Positions 38,318 to 52,370 of a DNA stretch of 64,000 nucleotides are shown piece after piece (positions within the stretch are counted from its first letter, which is position 1; every line of letters begins with the position of its first letter). The DNA is taken from the NCBI GenBank assembly GCA_977020255.1, contig CDROCS010003774.1, positions 62,001 through 126,000 of the forward strand, in the 5' to 3' direction. The notes below the pieces were generated by a model. The model did no database searches and was not told the DNA's origin. It was given only the letters and a program-made list of their open reading frames with translations. This DNA comes from Obrimoposthia wandeli. Taxonomy: Eukaryota. A program made the position numbers and the translations under genes.

Positions 38318-41300
38318 TTTAAAAATGTTTAAAATTCATGTTATTATACAAAATATTAGGACACAAGTATTTTACTATGTTTAGTGTACAGTAAATTTCT
38401 ACTTTACTATATAATTTAATTTACTAAGGAGAAAATAATCAATTTGTATTGATGATAAAATGTGAACAGTTAGATATGTTAATCGTGCAAGTGATGAGAA
38501 CCAATTTAAAATGTAAGAAATAATATGTCCGATTAAGGGTAAAAATAAATTGATTAAATTTTAACTAAAACACATATTTATTTATTTAAACATATATTTA
38601 ATTTAAAAATATATAAATATGATTTGAAAGTTTAATACCGTTACTACATATAGATTAGAGATTTTAAAAAGTAAATTTAAAGAAAACCTATTTTTGCATC
38701 CATACAAAATATATTTTTTGAATTGCAAGGATAGAAAGTTGTAACAGTTAATTTGAATCCCTATGCATAAAAGATTACACGTTTTTACATTAATACAAAA
38801 ATTGGCTTTTTTTCGCTTTAAAATTTATGGCACGTCTGTTTTTTGTTGTTGTATTTTAAAAAACAATAGCAAGCATATTTTTGAGAGTTCTGTAATTGAA
38901 AATATATTTTTTACCTTTCTTTTATTATGATTCATAAATAAAATATGATTAAACTAGAATAATATTTTTTTAATTAGTCAAATGTTTCATTTTCTAAAAT
39001 ATTTTAAAATAACAAATCGTTGTTTATTGTTTGTTTTTCTTTAAAATCCTTCCAAGGAATGTTTAATTCTTGGCCTAAAACAAGTTTCAACAAGCGGTAC
39101 ACGGTTTATTATTTAAGTTTATTCAACATGCCTCTTCGGGACTTTTACTGAATTTTATTTTCGGATATTTCTTTTATCTATTTCGGTAACTGATTAAATA
39201 TTTCAGTAATACTTCAAATCGTTATGGGGTTTTAATTTTCGGTCTGATTCCCAAATACGGTTTTCAACTCAACGTCTCGCAACGGGACCCAAGTTTGAAA
39301 CTAATTCTTAACTGACCAAATGATACTGTGATAATAGCTGTGTCCAGTAGGGTATTTATTGGGTTTGTGAAGGAAAGGTTCATTTTTCATTAATTTCACA
39401 CTTTTAAGTATATAACTGGGTTTTAAATATTAATAAATATGTGCACTACGTTTGCGTTTCGATGTTTAGAAAAATCAGAGTTGATATTTGATTAATCGAA
39501 TATGAATGTAGAAAATAGAGCATATATATAATGAGTTTTGGAAATGCATTTCAATAGTCTAAAAGATTTTAAAAATATTTTTCGGTAAAATTAAGCTGAG
39601 CTAAATTGGTCGAAAATTCTTATTTTAGAGATTTGAACCCAAATATTATCAATATTTCGTTGAAACATTTTTATCAAATTTAATTATTCACATTTGTTAA
39701 TCTAAAAGGTTGAATATTTAATTTAATTGTATATATAAATCAATTTTTTATCAAAGGGTGAAAAATAAATTATGGCTTTACTAGTTATTTGAACTTAATT
39801 TTTTAATATAATATATACCTTTTATAAATATGTTAATGGCTGATAATTGGTGTAAAATTATTATTTCGAATCAAATTGCTTGATTAATAGTTATAAATTG
39901 TAAATTTAATTTATCAGCAATTCTAATTTAATTGCAGCATTCATTTAATAGATTTGTATACTTTACAAAGTGTAATAATCTAGAAATTTTAAAATGTATG
40001 GTATAAAAGTTTTAATTTAATTAATTAAAAAGGATCTTAATGAATTTTATCGAATTTATTTAGCTAAAGTCATAAAAATGTTTCTCATATTCAAATTTTA
40101 TCTTAATTATTGTGTTTGTTTCATAACTGAGACTTTGGTAATTATGGGAAAATTTAAAAATAATCACAGTAATGCATTCAACAATTAATACTGTTTTATC
40201 GAAAGTAAAACACAGAAATACCAAAATAGCGTTAACTGCATTAGAGAGGATTAAAACAAATTGTTTCTTTCATCTGTTAAATAGCAACAAATCTAAACGA
40301 AATAAATTGTCTGTCTGCAAGTAGGAAAGGCATCTACAGAGTCAAACATACCACAATTTCGCTTTAATTTACAATACGGAAATATTATTTTAATTCAGAA
40401 AAAATTTGAATATTACACTAATTGGTGACGCTAATTTGTAATAATAGAGCAACAAAATGTATGTCGTAAAATAATGTTTGATCAATTATTTAATTATTAA
40501 AAACAGTAACAATTAGTGATATGATTTTTTAGACAAATTCCATTGTATATAACTGTGGAATATTTGAGAAAACAATTCCCTCCGTCTATGGAAAAAGCAA
40601 AAGTAAAAAGTAAGCTAATTATTATATTTATATATATATTGTCTCCATCGTCTGAGTTGAACGACAAAACGTAGTGGAAATGTTTTAATAGCCGACAGTT
40701 AAGCATTATTTGATACAATTGAAATGATTGGTTTATTTCTCTAGTTTGTGACTACTGTGTTTAATTTAGGATATAAAGATTTAATTGAGCATTTATCTGA
40801 CTTAAGATTAATTTCTTGCAATAAAGATAAAGATTGGTGAAGTAAAGTTAATATGATTGTGGATTATGATGAAATTTCTGACTTTGATAATAAGTCCAAT
40901 TATTGTGTAGAACGGTGTAAAAATTCATGTTTAGAAGAAGAATTAAAACATGGATAATGCTGTATTTTAGACCTCAGTTGTAGCAGTATGGAAGATGGTT
41001 TGACGTGTTTTATTTCCAAATTCCATTGTAAGATTATTTCTTAAAGACATCACAAAATATTCTGGAATTCTTTTTTAAAAATAAAAACTTCAACAATTTC
41101 CCGGATATTTTTTATAATAAATTAAATTTCTGTTGTTTTTAAAGGTGAAATGTTAATTACTATAATTAATATGCTTGGTGTATATAATATATTTTACAAA
41201 ACATTTATTACAAATATGCACATTTAGGTATTTTAAGAATTATTTTTGCAAATATAGAGCCATATAAAAGCCATATAAAATATGTATATGTATATGTTCA

Positions 41301-42753
41301 CTAAAATAGTACAAACTCTATTTGGTATAAAATGGTCATCATAAAGGTTTATTTCCACCAGTCCGAATCTACAGACGAGGGAAATTGGAACTGACATGAT
41401 TTCGTTGCTTCTTTGAATCATCAATGATTTCTCTTTTAAACTCTACTGGTTGTTCATTGAGTAACCCGTTACAAAAACACGTCATGGAGAGTTTTAACTC
41501 GAATCTTTTTAGTTAGTCATATTACAGCATTTTATAAAATTTCAAATCACATTCGAAAGCTTTGAGAGCTGCAGATTGCAGAGGTCTAATCCAGGTGGCT
41601 AGAAAATAAAAGCTAAACAAGACTTCCCCTAATAATTCAGAAAAGCAAATTTTTAAGAAGTCTACATACATAATCAATCTTGCAACATTTAATAATAATT
41701 CAAATTATATAACACTGAGAAGTGAAAAGTCACTAAATTGAATTGTAAAACATCTAAAAAACAAGACTGAATTTTTAATATTTTACACAAAATTGTTAAA
41801 TAATATACCATAATGTATCCAGAATGGTCAGAATAGACACATAAAACAACGCTGTGCCATTTGAGAAATAAAACGAAGAGTTCATGTATGAAAGTTTGAT
41901 TGGTCTTTAAGGGTATCATTAGATTCTGGTGATTTATGAATTTATCTTATCTTTTTTTGTTTTATATTCAAATATAGGATCGTTAAAAGTATGTAATTAA
42001 AAGATTTCGGTTTATTCTGAAAAATATATATACCACGTAATACAGTGTTACAAAAAATCAATAAAAACAGTTTGTAAAACGTTTGGATTCTATATAAACA
42101 AAAATTCAATTTTAATTATTTTTGAAAAATTAAAAAAAGTAAGCAATTTGTTAAAAGAATGTTGAATTAGTATTTTAGTTGTTGTTTTTAAACCCAGTTG
42201 AATAGACCTAAACTATTCTAAATTACCAAATTGATTTTGTTTAGTTTTGTCATAGCTGAAAAAGATGTATTTGAATGTATTTGTAAAACAAATTTAACAA
42301 TGTTTTATTCAACACAGAACACGCATTTATAACAATAATATGTTTAATATAGCACTAAAATCTATTAAATCTATGATTTATTACTTAAAATCCCTTTCTG
42401 TTTTCCAAAATAGATATTACCTGTCTTATTATTTTCTGACGAGTAAAGCCTCTAGCAGCTTCTTGAAGTTTTCAACTTTGATGCACTTTCTTATATTCAC
42501 CTGTAAATTGTTATAAAAATTTGAAACATAATTTTTAAATATTACATATCTGTTTGTTATTTGAGAATTTCTTAACCAATCTCCAGTCATCATCAGTGTT
42601 CCTAAGATGCATTTACACATTCACTGTACCAGGCTTATAAATATCATATAAATATAAAGGTTCATTAAGGGTTTATTTCTACTAAAAAAATTCTTATATT
42701 TGAACATTAATCTGACTACTTTGTTTAATATTTCTGTAGTGGATTTAAGTGAA

Positions 42754-42796
42754 AAGCTGGAATATTTAACGGTAAAGAATTTATATTCGCATGCGT
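42754..42796 (+). repeat. 43-bp dispersed motif ending CGCATGCGT (copy 2), ~180 bp upstream of the RPL31 pseudogene
   Basis: 37/43 ungapped identity to 33566-33608. Confidence 0.65.
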
Positions 42797-42973
42797 GAGC
42801 ATTTCAGTTATCTCAAGAGTAATGTAATTTCTTAATAGATAATCGTTTTGAAATTACTATTGCATAATAAAGGTACTTTAAATAATATTTTTTAAATTGT
42901 CAATTTCTTTCAATCGATTTTTATGTTAAATAATTCATGTTTTAGTCAGGCCAGAGGTCTATATTACTAAATT

Positions 42974-43333
42974 GTGGTTGTCAAAAATACTAAAACCAAG
43001 CTTAACAAGAAGAATACTGCCACAAAGGAATGCACCATCCACATTCACAAGACAGTTCATGACATTACCTTCGAGAAGATAGCACCCTATTAAAGATATT
43101 ATTAAGTTTGCCCAGAAGCAGATGAGTACTGAATATGTTCGCGTTGGTGTTCGGCTGAATAAGAACACATATGCCAAGGATAGTAGACCTTTCCCGAACT
43201 AAGTCCGCCAGAAAGAAGAACTAGGATGAAGGGTAGATCACTATTACACCGAAAACATATGGATATTTATAACAGATTTCATTGCAAAATTGTATGTGTA
43301 TTTGTCACTTAGCACTAATGTGTGCCTGATTAG
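42974..43333 (+). pseudogene. RPL31: 60S ribosomal protein L31 (eL31) pseudogene with an apparent retained short intron
   Basis: TKECTIHIHKTVHDITFEKIAP / IKDIIKFAQKQMSTEYVRVGVRLNKNTYAKDSR / RKKN*DE / GT..AG 43233-43275 / DFIAKLYV...TNV matches recalled eL31 ([66 protein letters not shown]). Frameshifts, stops and no ATG. Confidence 0.88.
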
Positions 43334-44699
43334 CCAACTGAAGATTAAAAAAAATACAAAACAACATAACATCACATCAGCAATAATTACTATACAATCA
43401 CTTTAATATGTTACTTATTGCTTCTTCATTTGTAGGATCTAAATTTTGATTAAGCAAGAGTATATTCTTATGAATAAAATCTCAAAGTTTCAAACGTTTA
43501 CAGTATTTTATTTATTCTAGAATACAATTAAATTTCTGAAATTTCCAGATTCAAAATGTATTATTTTGAACTAGCAAAGATTTCTGATTTTTTCTTTTTC
43601 TTTTAATTCAATCAAATGTTTGGAAAGTAGGCTTGGAATTAATAAGTTTGACTCAAATGTCGCCCTCAACCATCCCCACGCGCAGAGACAGATTTTATGA
43701 TGCTGGTTGGATTGAGGCCTATACTTATATGTATACCCAATCTTATTTATGATGGCCCAACCGAATGACAGAGGGCAATAAACTATTTCATCTCTGAGCG
43801 GCAAAATTAGCTGTATTTCTTGAGGTCGAAGACTGTTGTTCCAGCTGCGACAATGCTCAGCCCCAAATGACCGGTTAAGACAACCTCTAGTGCGTGCTTG
43901 ATCCCGGATCTGTCAACAATCTGGGATTTTATGAATTTATTTACAACCGACCCAGATTATCATTTGTATCGGGTCAACTAACTCAGTCTATCGCTCGCTA
44001 GCCTGTCAATTCAGTCAATTAGTTACTTTTTGTTGTTAGTAACTTGTTACTGTCAACGAGAGAAAAAAACATAGTTGTTTTTTAATTTTATTTTTTAAAA
44101 CTTTTAATTATTTTTAAATTTACCGATAAAAGCCAATAAAATAGTAAGATGATAATAAGTTGAATTTCATCTACAAAATAACAAATCAGTAGATAAATAT
44201 AAGGATGTTCCATAAGTAATCCGTTTTGTAACGTTATCTTTAAAGTATAATTATGTAAAATCCAAAAATAGTATTCAAAAATCCAAAATATCGTATTAAA
44301 ATTATTTAGCAGTTGCACTTAAAATACATTGCGAACTTAATTTAATTTTTTTTCAAGATGATGAAAGCGGAAAAATTATCGTTTGATGGTAAAATCGACA
44401 TTTTTAGGAAAAAAAGGTTTCAGCGCAACAGAGGCGCCAGAAATTTTATACACAGTAGAATGTGCCTATGTGACAAATCCGAATTTCGTGCAAAACTGAT
44501 TTAGAAAATTTCAAAAAATATAAAAATTAGAAGAAATTAGAAGAATTTTGTTAAAAATAGAAAAGAGGTGCTGTCAAAGAAAATCCAAGGAAAATGATTA
44601 GAATTTTGTGTGATGAATTAACAATTTGAGTCATATAAATGTTTTTTCTGAAATCTTTGGTTTTTTGAGCTTTGAGATCAACAAGAGTACGTGGAAGAG

Positions 44700-44900
44700 A
44701 AATCACATGGAGTCAAATTGATTAGGTAAGAGATCATTTAAAAATCTATGACTTGACTGTAAAATTTCGTAGAAGCACGATCGTGTATCCAGATAACTCG
44801 ACACAAATCTACTTATGTAAAGACTTCCTGTAAAATTGGTAAAAACTAGCACCATTCAGAATTTTTATGTAGACGATGTTGACTACATAATTTAGATGAT
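44700..44900 (+). mobile_element. Possible piggyBac remnant
   Basis: KLAPFRIF (cf. DKLAPIR) in otherwise decayed sequence. Confidence 0.3.
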
Positions 44901-46390
44901 ATTTTGAGTAATCTTTCTACACTATTCGATCAAGTAGTTGTGAGTCTTTCTGAAACATTCCAATAATGACAAAAGTATCGATCAAAGAATCGTAACTCAT
45001 CTGATTAAAAAGAAAGTGTAGGTCAAATTGAAAATAAACTGTATAAAAGATTATTTTATTTTGTAGATTTACATACAAATTACAAATCATTAGAGTTGAA
45101 TGAAATTATAGGAGATTCTAATGTTGATATGTCTTGTTTAACTGAAATTTGATTATTGATACAAAATAAGTAGACATCGTAATTTCGTCATTTTTATAGC
45201 ATAATTTTACGTACTGATGTGAAGATTTAACTACTGTACTACTGTAAATAACAGCACCACTGTAAAAAACAGCTTGGAACATATTGAAGTGCGAATCCGA
45301 ATTTGTCTCTGAGTTGGCCAACAATTAAAAATACTCTTATTTTTCATAATTATTATGCGTAATTCACCAATTTTAAAAGAAATTAATGAAATTAATTATA
45401 ATAAATTCTAAAACGGTTTTCTAAAAATGCATTTGAAAATTTTGAAAGAAAACTTTTTTCTTTTTTTCTCATTTAATCAACTTTTGTTTGGCTGTACTAC
45501 TTCAATATATTTTAATTATGATTTTTAAATATGTTCAAAATTTATAATTATGCCCATTTTTATAAAACATATCTCTGGTTTGAATCAAAATCTCGTTGAT
45601 ATTTACAAATCCCAGCCCAAGATTCTCTCTCTCTCTTAGTTATATAAGCAGCAGCTTTTAGTGCGAAAAGAGAACACACCATATTTAATTGCATTATATT
45701 TAATTAGGCCTGCAATATTTACTCTTGCTGTTCATGTCTATTTCACATTCATAAATAAGAGTTAAATAAAAATTTATTTGCTACGTACTGACTGGATTGA
45801 ATGAAAACATAATATGGAAGATGAGATATGATTTGAACAAACGTAAGCTAGAGATTTTTCATAAATGCGTTTAAAAATCTTGAAAGAATTTAGGTTACTC
45901 CATTCTCAAAATTTGATTTGGTAGCATCCTCTTTCAGAGAGAAATTTTTCAAAAATTGTAAAAAAAAGAGAAGATTGTAAATGTAAAACATGTAGAAAGT
46001 TTGTAAATGTAAATTTTGATTCAAGTTCAATGACCTGTTACCCTAAAGGCCAACTATGCTTAAGCCTAGTGGCCCTCAGAAACCAGGTACGTATGCAGCT
46101 ATTTTTTCTAATTGCGTTAAATGGTTAGTGCAGTTGGAACCATCAATTTAAGAGTATTTTTTTCAAAATAAGTATTTATCTACAATAAAGTGTATATAAA
46201 TTACTTTGGCTTTTATAGAGACGGGCTGCTGTCAATATCCGTAAAGAACAAAAGTGCCACATTTTATTTTGTATTCTGCAAATTTAATTCGCACCTAGGT
46301 GGCAAATGTAATGGATAATATAATTTAAATATGTTTACATTTGAATTTATATACAATATTTTTTAAAATTCCAATGGTCTTAAATGGGTA

Positions 46391-47122
46391 CGAGGTGTAA
46401 AGAAAGTTTTGCTAAATTTTATGCAATGAGATAAAGAGGAACATCGGGGTTGAATAGACTAACACATAGGCCGTTAAGCATCAATAGATATTTTCATTAA
46501 AAAATGTTTTTACATTAAATCAAATATTTATAATAGATTTATAAATGCATTGTCGTTATACGCTTAAATAAACCACTTCGAATTGATCGTCTAAGAATCC
46601 ACGAAAACCCGTATAAAATAATGTCAAATTTCCCTAACGTCACAGTATGGTTACCATTTCATCATGTGATACATAAACCTTTCTATTGTGAAAGATACGT
46701 TAACATGGTACAAATTCAATTTTGACCGCAAATTCAAAACCAACCTCAGTTTTATTTTCAACAAGATGGGACATCAACTCACTACAGCCACATGGTGCCA
46801 GGATGATTGAATAACAATTTTGAAAACCAATGGCTTGTGCACCATGGTCCATTGAGTGGCCTTCACGTTTATCTGATTTAGCACCACCTCATTTATTTCT
46901 GTGAGGCGTTTGTAGTGACCTCCAAGAACATAGAAAAACTATTGTAGAGTTTGCTACAATGTTAGTGTATCAAACACGAAGGTAAACAGTTTAAAATAGC
47001 TAAATAGATTACGTTTATGTTTCTTTAAACTGTTAAGGTGAATATTAGAATTTTAATAAATATTTTATCTCATAAAACTTGTTAGTTTTTATTTTTAAAT
47101 TGGGCAAAACTTCTTAACGCAT
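46391..47122 (+). mobile_element. Internally deleted Tc1/mariner element
   Basis: FYFQQDGTSTHY...LNNNFENQWLVHHGP...DLAP; degenerate TIRs sharing aagttttgc / gcaaaactt, with TA flanks. Confidence 0.7.
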
Positions 47123-48534
47123 ATATTTATATATATACCTTTGCTAAGGTTGAATATTGTTTAATTCAACCATAAATTCCCGTGTATAAGAGTGTTGAAG
47201 GTATCTGATTACTAAACTACACTTTTAATGTATTCAATTGCAGAAAGAAAGAGAACTTGTGAAATTAGACTTCAAATGTGCATCGTGCCTTTGAAGAGTG
47301 GTAAATGTACACTTCAGATTTTTCTTGAGCAAAAGTTAAAAGTTGAGTTAAAGATTAGCAAGTGGATGAAAGAAAAACTTCTAATTCAACTTCAATCCCC
47401 AACACGATATTAGTTCAACTTGTTTACTATAATTTATATTAGAAAAAGCTACAGGCAACTTGCTTAAGTCGAATCTACTCTAATCTGATAGAAAAAGCAT
47501 TATTATTATTAATTGTACTAACGATGCATATTATAAATACAATACGTTATTCTTTAATAACAAACAAAGTAAATAACTCTTTGTAGATTTACTCTGCCTA
47601 GACAGGACAAGTGATTGCTTTTTCTCTCTCCCCAGATAGTACAAAACAAAAGACATCTAAAATAATTATTTTCAGAATTTATTTATCTAATATTAAAAAT
47701 TTCATTTTGTTTCGAAATACAGGCTTTTACATTTTTTAAGGAGTAGTATCACTCGATAGAGTTTATTTTAAGTATATTTTACAGAGATGGGAATATTGGC
47801 TTATGTATTAATTAATTTAATGCTAACCGTTTAGTTTTTCGGTCTAAACTCCAATATTCGGTTTCTATTTTTCAAAGTACCTTTACTGTAAATTGAAATG
47901 TATAAGCGTGTCTCAAAAAATGTCAGTAAATACGATTTTTTTAGTTTTTGTGTTTCTTACAAATAAAATACTTAGTTTGTTTTTATAAATCTATATCAAA
48001 GTAAAATATATAGTGATTAATTGTTAGTTAATATATTTAGTTTACGTGCAGTTGTTAATGCTTACTGGAGAAATTTTGGCCGTAATAATGATATCCATGG
48101 TGTGTCGCTAACTTTGCTTCAAATAGATTTATCTCTAATTGCATAATAGTGCAATCATATTTTGTTTGTTCGCACCGTTTTTGGCACAAAATATTATTTC
48201 TTTAAAATAGTTTATTTTTTCATTGGATATATATTAGACATATCTAAATATACTGCGCGTCAGGTTGTATGAAGAACTTTTAAATATTGTCACATCTTTC
48301 TGGAATCATAAAATATAATAATGAAAGGGTACTCTTAACACCAAGGAAATGTTTTATTTTTAAAAAAAATTAAATGTTGATTTATATTTATTCATGAAAG
48401 TAAAATATTCATATATTTATAAAAAAATAATTTATTTTATATTATATTTTGTGACCGGTTTTGTGAACACTAATATTTTCATATTTTACAAATTAAATTA
48501 AAAACACATTTAACATAATTTAATATTTATTTAA

Positions 48535-48850
48535 TTATTTATTATTACCATTCCTAATAAGAAAATTAAGATATATATCACTAATATTGTCAAATATGTA
48601 ATGAATAACGTCAATAAAACTAGTGTTTATCTCTGAAACTACATCTTGTATTTTGGCCCATAACGTCTCTTTCTTAACAAAATCAGATGTTCCATATACC
48701 AAGTCCTTCATTAATTTGAAAGCATTATCTATTAGTGATAAGTCTGGACTGTATGGAGGCCATTTTATTCGAACTAAACCCCTCTGACTCAAAACGTTAG
48801 TGGCGTTCTGACACGTATGGGGTCTCGCATTGTCTTGTAAGAAAAATTGA
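48535..48850 (-). mobile_element. Tc1-like transposase C-terminal remnant
   Basis: IFLQDNARPHTCQNATNVLSQRGLVRIKWPPYSPDLSLIDNAFKLMKDLVY (second D and WPPYSPDL motif; catalytic E position reads D). Confidence 0.85.
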
Positions 48851-50904
48851 CTTATACTTTTTTAACTTTCTTAATGCGCCTTTCACTTGTGATATTACTT
48901 TACGTGATTTTATTATTGATCTAGGTCCTATTTGCTTCGATAAAATGCCTTTTTTACTTTGTTTACCTAGTTCCTAGTTATTTCACGAATTTTGGAAACT
49001 TCTGCTACTGTAAATCCTTGATTTACTTTCGATAGAGCTAAAGATCTGATGCTTTCTGATATATCCTTTGGCAATTTATTACCTAAATAAACAGTTAATA
49101 TAAAATTGTAGTTACTAAAACGACTTAAAACTAACGTTTTTCTAATTGTTCACAAAACTTGTCGCAATTAATGATTTCAAAAAAGTAACTATAAACTATA
49201 ATTAATTGAATCAATAAAAAAAATAGATTTAAGTTAAAAGTTTAATTGAAATACAAAAGTGCATAGTAGCTAGACTGACATAGATATTATAATTTTGTAA
49301 TCAAATAATTGAAACGTCTGAAAAATCAAATTAAAAAATTGTTCACAAAACTTGGCTCGCTCTATAAAACCTTCTTCTTTTTTTTAATCACGTTTTGACC
49401 CTTTCAAATCTATAGTAAATTAGTTTAATGTGTGGCTTATTTTTAAAATTTATAATTAACATAATTTCTATGTTTCCTTATTATAACTATAAGTTTTTAA
49501 ATTTTTGAAAAAATCATTTTTCAGATGATTTTTTTCACACATTGTGTAAATCTTGATGAAAATAATTACATTAAAAGACTTAAAATTGATTTAAATTTTT
49601 TCATTTATTTGATTTATCTTCTTAGAATAAAAAAACATATAAACCCCTTCAAAAATGTATAAGATAGTTAGACAATGTAGTGTCAATGGTATCTATCAAT
49701 GTAATGATAAATTGATCATTTGTGGTCAAATCAAAGTTCTGTTTTATTAGATAAGAAATAAATAAACCACAAAGATTTATTTGATGTTATTAAAAAAATC
49801 AATATTAGTCTAAAAGCACATTTTAATCCATATTAAAAAATAACGCCATACAGTATAGAAGCGTGATAATGTTTACTTTTTTGCTGTGTCAACCAATAGT
49901 TAAACTATGCCAGAAATGAAGAAAACTTACAAGGACAGAGTGAATAACCAACAGTATCTGGCAAATAAATTGTGATTAACCCGTCTTTAAAGTCAAAATA
50001 ATCAATTGCTATTTTCTTTTTTAACACATTTACACTATAAAGTATTAATACATGAATTTCACATTTTGGGGGAAACTTCTACTTAAAACCATTAGAACTC
50101 GGGTGTACTACATATAAATTAAAATTTGAACACACTTAAATGAATTCACGAAACATATTTACATGCACACCAACATTACATCACACGATATGGGGCAGAA
50201 ATAGACCAGCAACTCGTGACACATCTATTAAGCACAATGAATGATACAATCCTTATTTTTTACATGTAATGGCAACGCGTAATTTCAAGTAACAAATTAT
50301 GAGTGAATTTTATAAAAATTGAGGTAAGTAGAAAGTTAAAAACATTTTCGAAAAAACATTGAAAATTAAGATTTTTGTGTGGCTAATTTGTTAATTTATT
50401 CTAAATTATATTTTATATGAACGTGGACAATCATTCAACCGAGATGTATAGTGATAAAAAGATGCAGTAGCCATATCAAAAATATGTATCTAAAAGAAAA
50501 TATCTTGATACTGAGATAACTACAATACTAATGAATGCAATAATTACATCAAAACTTGATTTCCAAAATTATTTACTCCTTAATATTTCAATTAAATTGC
50601 TAACAAAAAGATTCAAACAAAGTCACAATAATAATATTCAAATTAAAGAAAATTGTTAATACAAGTAAATATTATATGAAACTATATTGATTGCTGATAA
50701 GTGTCAGAATTGAATTCAAGATTCAATTTATTATCAAAAAATGTATTCTCTCACAAAATCCCAAATATTTATACGATCTTCTATAGCTTGGTTCAGTGAG
50801 TATGCATAATATACATTGTATATGCATCTTAAGAGCAACGATGATCAATAAATTCTCCAATAACAAACAGCGTGATGGAATATTCTTAATTTATACCCCA
50901 ATTA

Positions 50905-50967
50905 TTTACAACAATTTACCGTGAATAAAAGAAACTGTAACAATGTGGAAAACTTTATGAAGCAGCT
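50905..50967 (+). mobile_element. LINE 3' ORF2 tail, second copy
   Basis: tttacaacaatttacc...aagaaactgtaacaatgtggaaaact...gcagct is homologous to the reverse complement of 18324-18390. Confidence 0.5.
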
Positions 50968-52029
50968 ATTTTAAAAAATATTACAGATAATGGAAAACGG
51001 AAGCGTTTTTGAGAAATGAATAATAGATTTATTAGGAATTATCGCTATATTAAAAATATTATTGTTATTGATGTTGTTTTTTTATGACAGTGGGTACATT
51101 GAGATTGCGAATTCTCGAATTCAATGCCATCGGAAGTTGTGCTGGTGTAGTCAAACAAGAATTAAAAATCACAAATGTAAAAGACAACATGTCAACAATT
51201 CCGCCACTTAGCCTACAATGTTGTCAGGCATTGTATTTTGCCAAGTCATTGATAATCCCAAATGTAGATATCAAAATTTGAAGTTGACTAATGTTTTGGT
51301 CCATCCTGTGAACTCGTAATATATAAGTCGTAAATAGCAGCAATACTAGATCTATCTACTTGAACCTCAGTGTTAGTAATTGTGCACAAACGCTGAACCT
51401 TCCCTGGAAAGCCTCACAGAAATTCAATTTTCATAATTTAAAAAATAAAATTTCCATGTGCATTATTTAAATTCACAAATGAAATTTGATTTTTGTTAAT
51501 TCTATTGAAGACACTTTATTTTACCATTTGTCTAGTTTCTGATGTTTGACAAATGCATTATATGCTCTTCGCTTTTGATTTTAAAAAAGTTATAAGTTAT
51601 TTTATAGAATAATAAAGTAAATTACTTTTTTGTCAAGAGTAAAATTTTTGTTGAAATAATTTCATATATTATACCAACACCCTATTTATAGGTCAGCATG
51701 AAAAACACTTATATAGTTTGAAATTGTAGCCTTAAATGCTAGAAATAAAGATTTTTAAAAATGTTAAACATAACAACTAAATTAAAAATTAATTAAGAAA
51801 ACGTTCTTAATGTTTCTAGTTTTGGTTTTATCATTTTTTGTCAATTGTTTTGTAACTAGTTTGCATTTTTATTAAAATAAAAAAATTCTATAATCATGTT
51901 TATTGCTTATAACCTGACCTATATAATATTTTAAATATAATCATTTTGGTTTGCCAAATAAATTAAATTAACCTCAACTACAAAAATGATTTACAATTCT
52001 GATACTTTCAATTAAAGAATTTGAAGCAA

Positions 52030-52370
52030 CTTTTTGTCAATCAAAACAATTGTGGATATCATTGGATGGCTCAGAAACTGTAACACTAGGTGTAGAACAC
52101 TCATTTATTGAAACAGTCATTGATGTTATACAACAACTTCCTTTATAGTGTTCAAGAAAAAAAGGGTCCATTGTGCTAACTTTCGTCAGTTAGACATTAG
52201 AGAAACGATATCCATAGTTGCTAGTAAACTCTCTACAGGAAATATATTTACACGGAATGGGAACCTAGATAGTATTTGCGAGCAGTCTGGATTTGTTTGT
52301 AGCGCTGGCTGTGGTAAGCACCAGAGAATTAACAGCTGTCAAATTGGTTCTGTTGCTTCATGACAATTCG
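52030..52370 (+). mobile_element. Possible DUF659-type hAT-like transposase remnant
   Basis: WISLDGSET (cf. WISIDETTD) and SLQEIYLHGMG..VF. Confidence 0.25.

Noticed and set aside
42959-43177. 72-aa hydrophobic minus-strand ORF as a membrane protein
   Set aside because: Antisense shadow of the RPL31 pseudogene.
43850-43915. tRNA-derived SINE head (A/B-box-like)
   Set aside because: The boxes are degenerate and too close together, and no cloverleaf forms.
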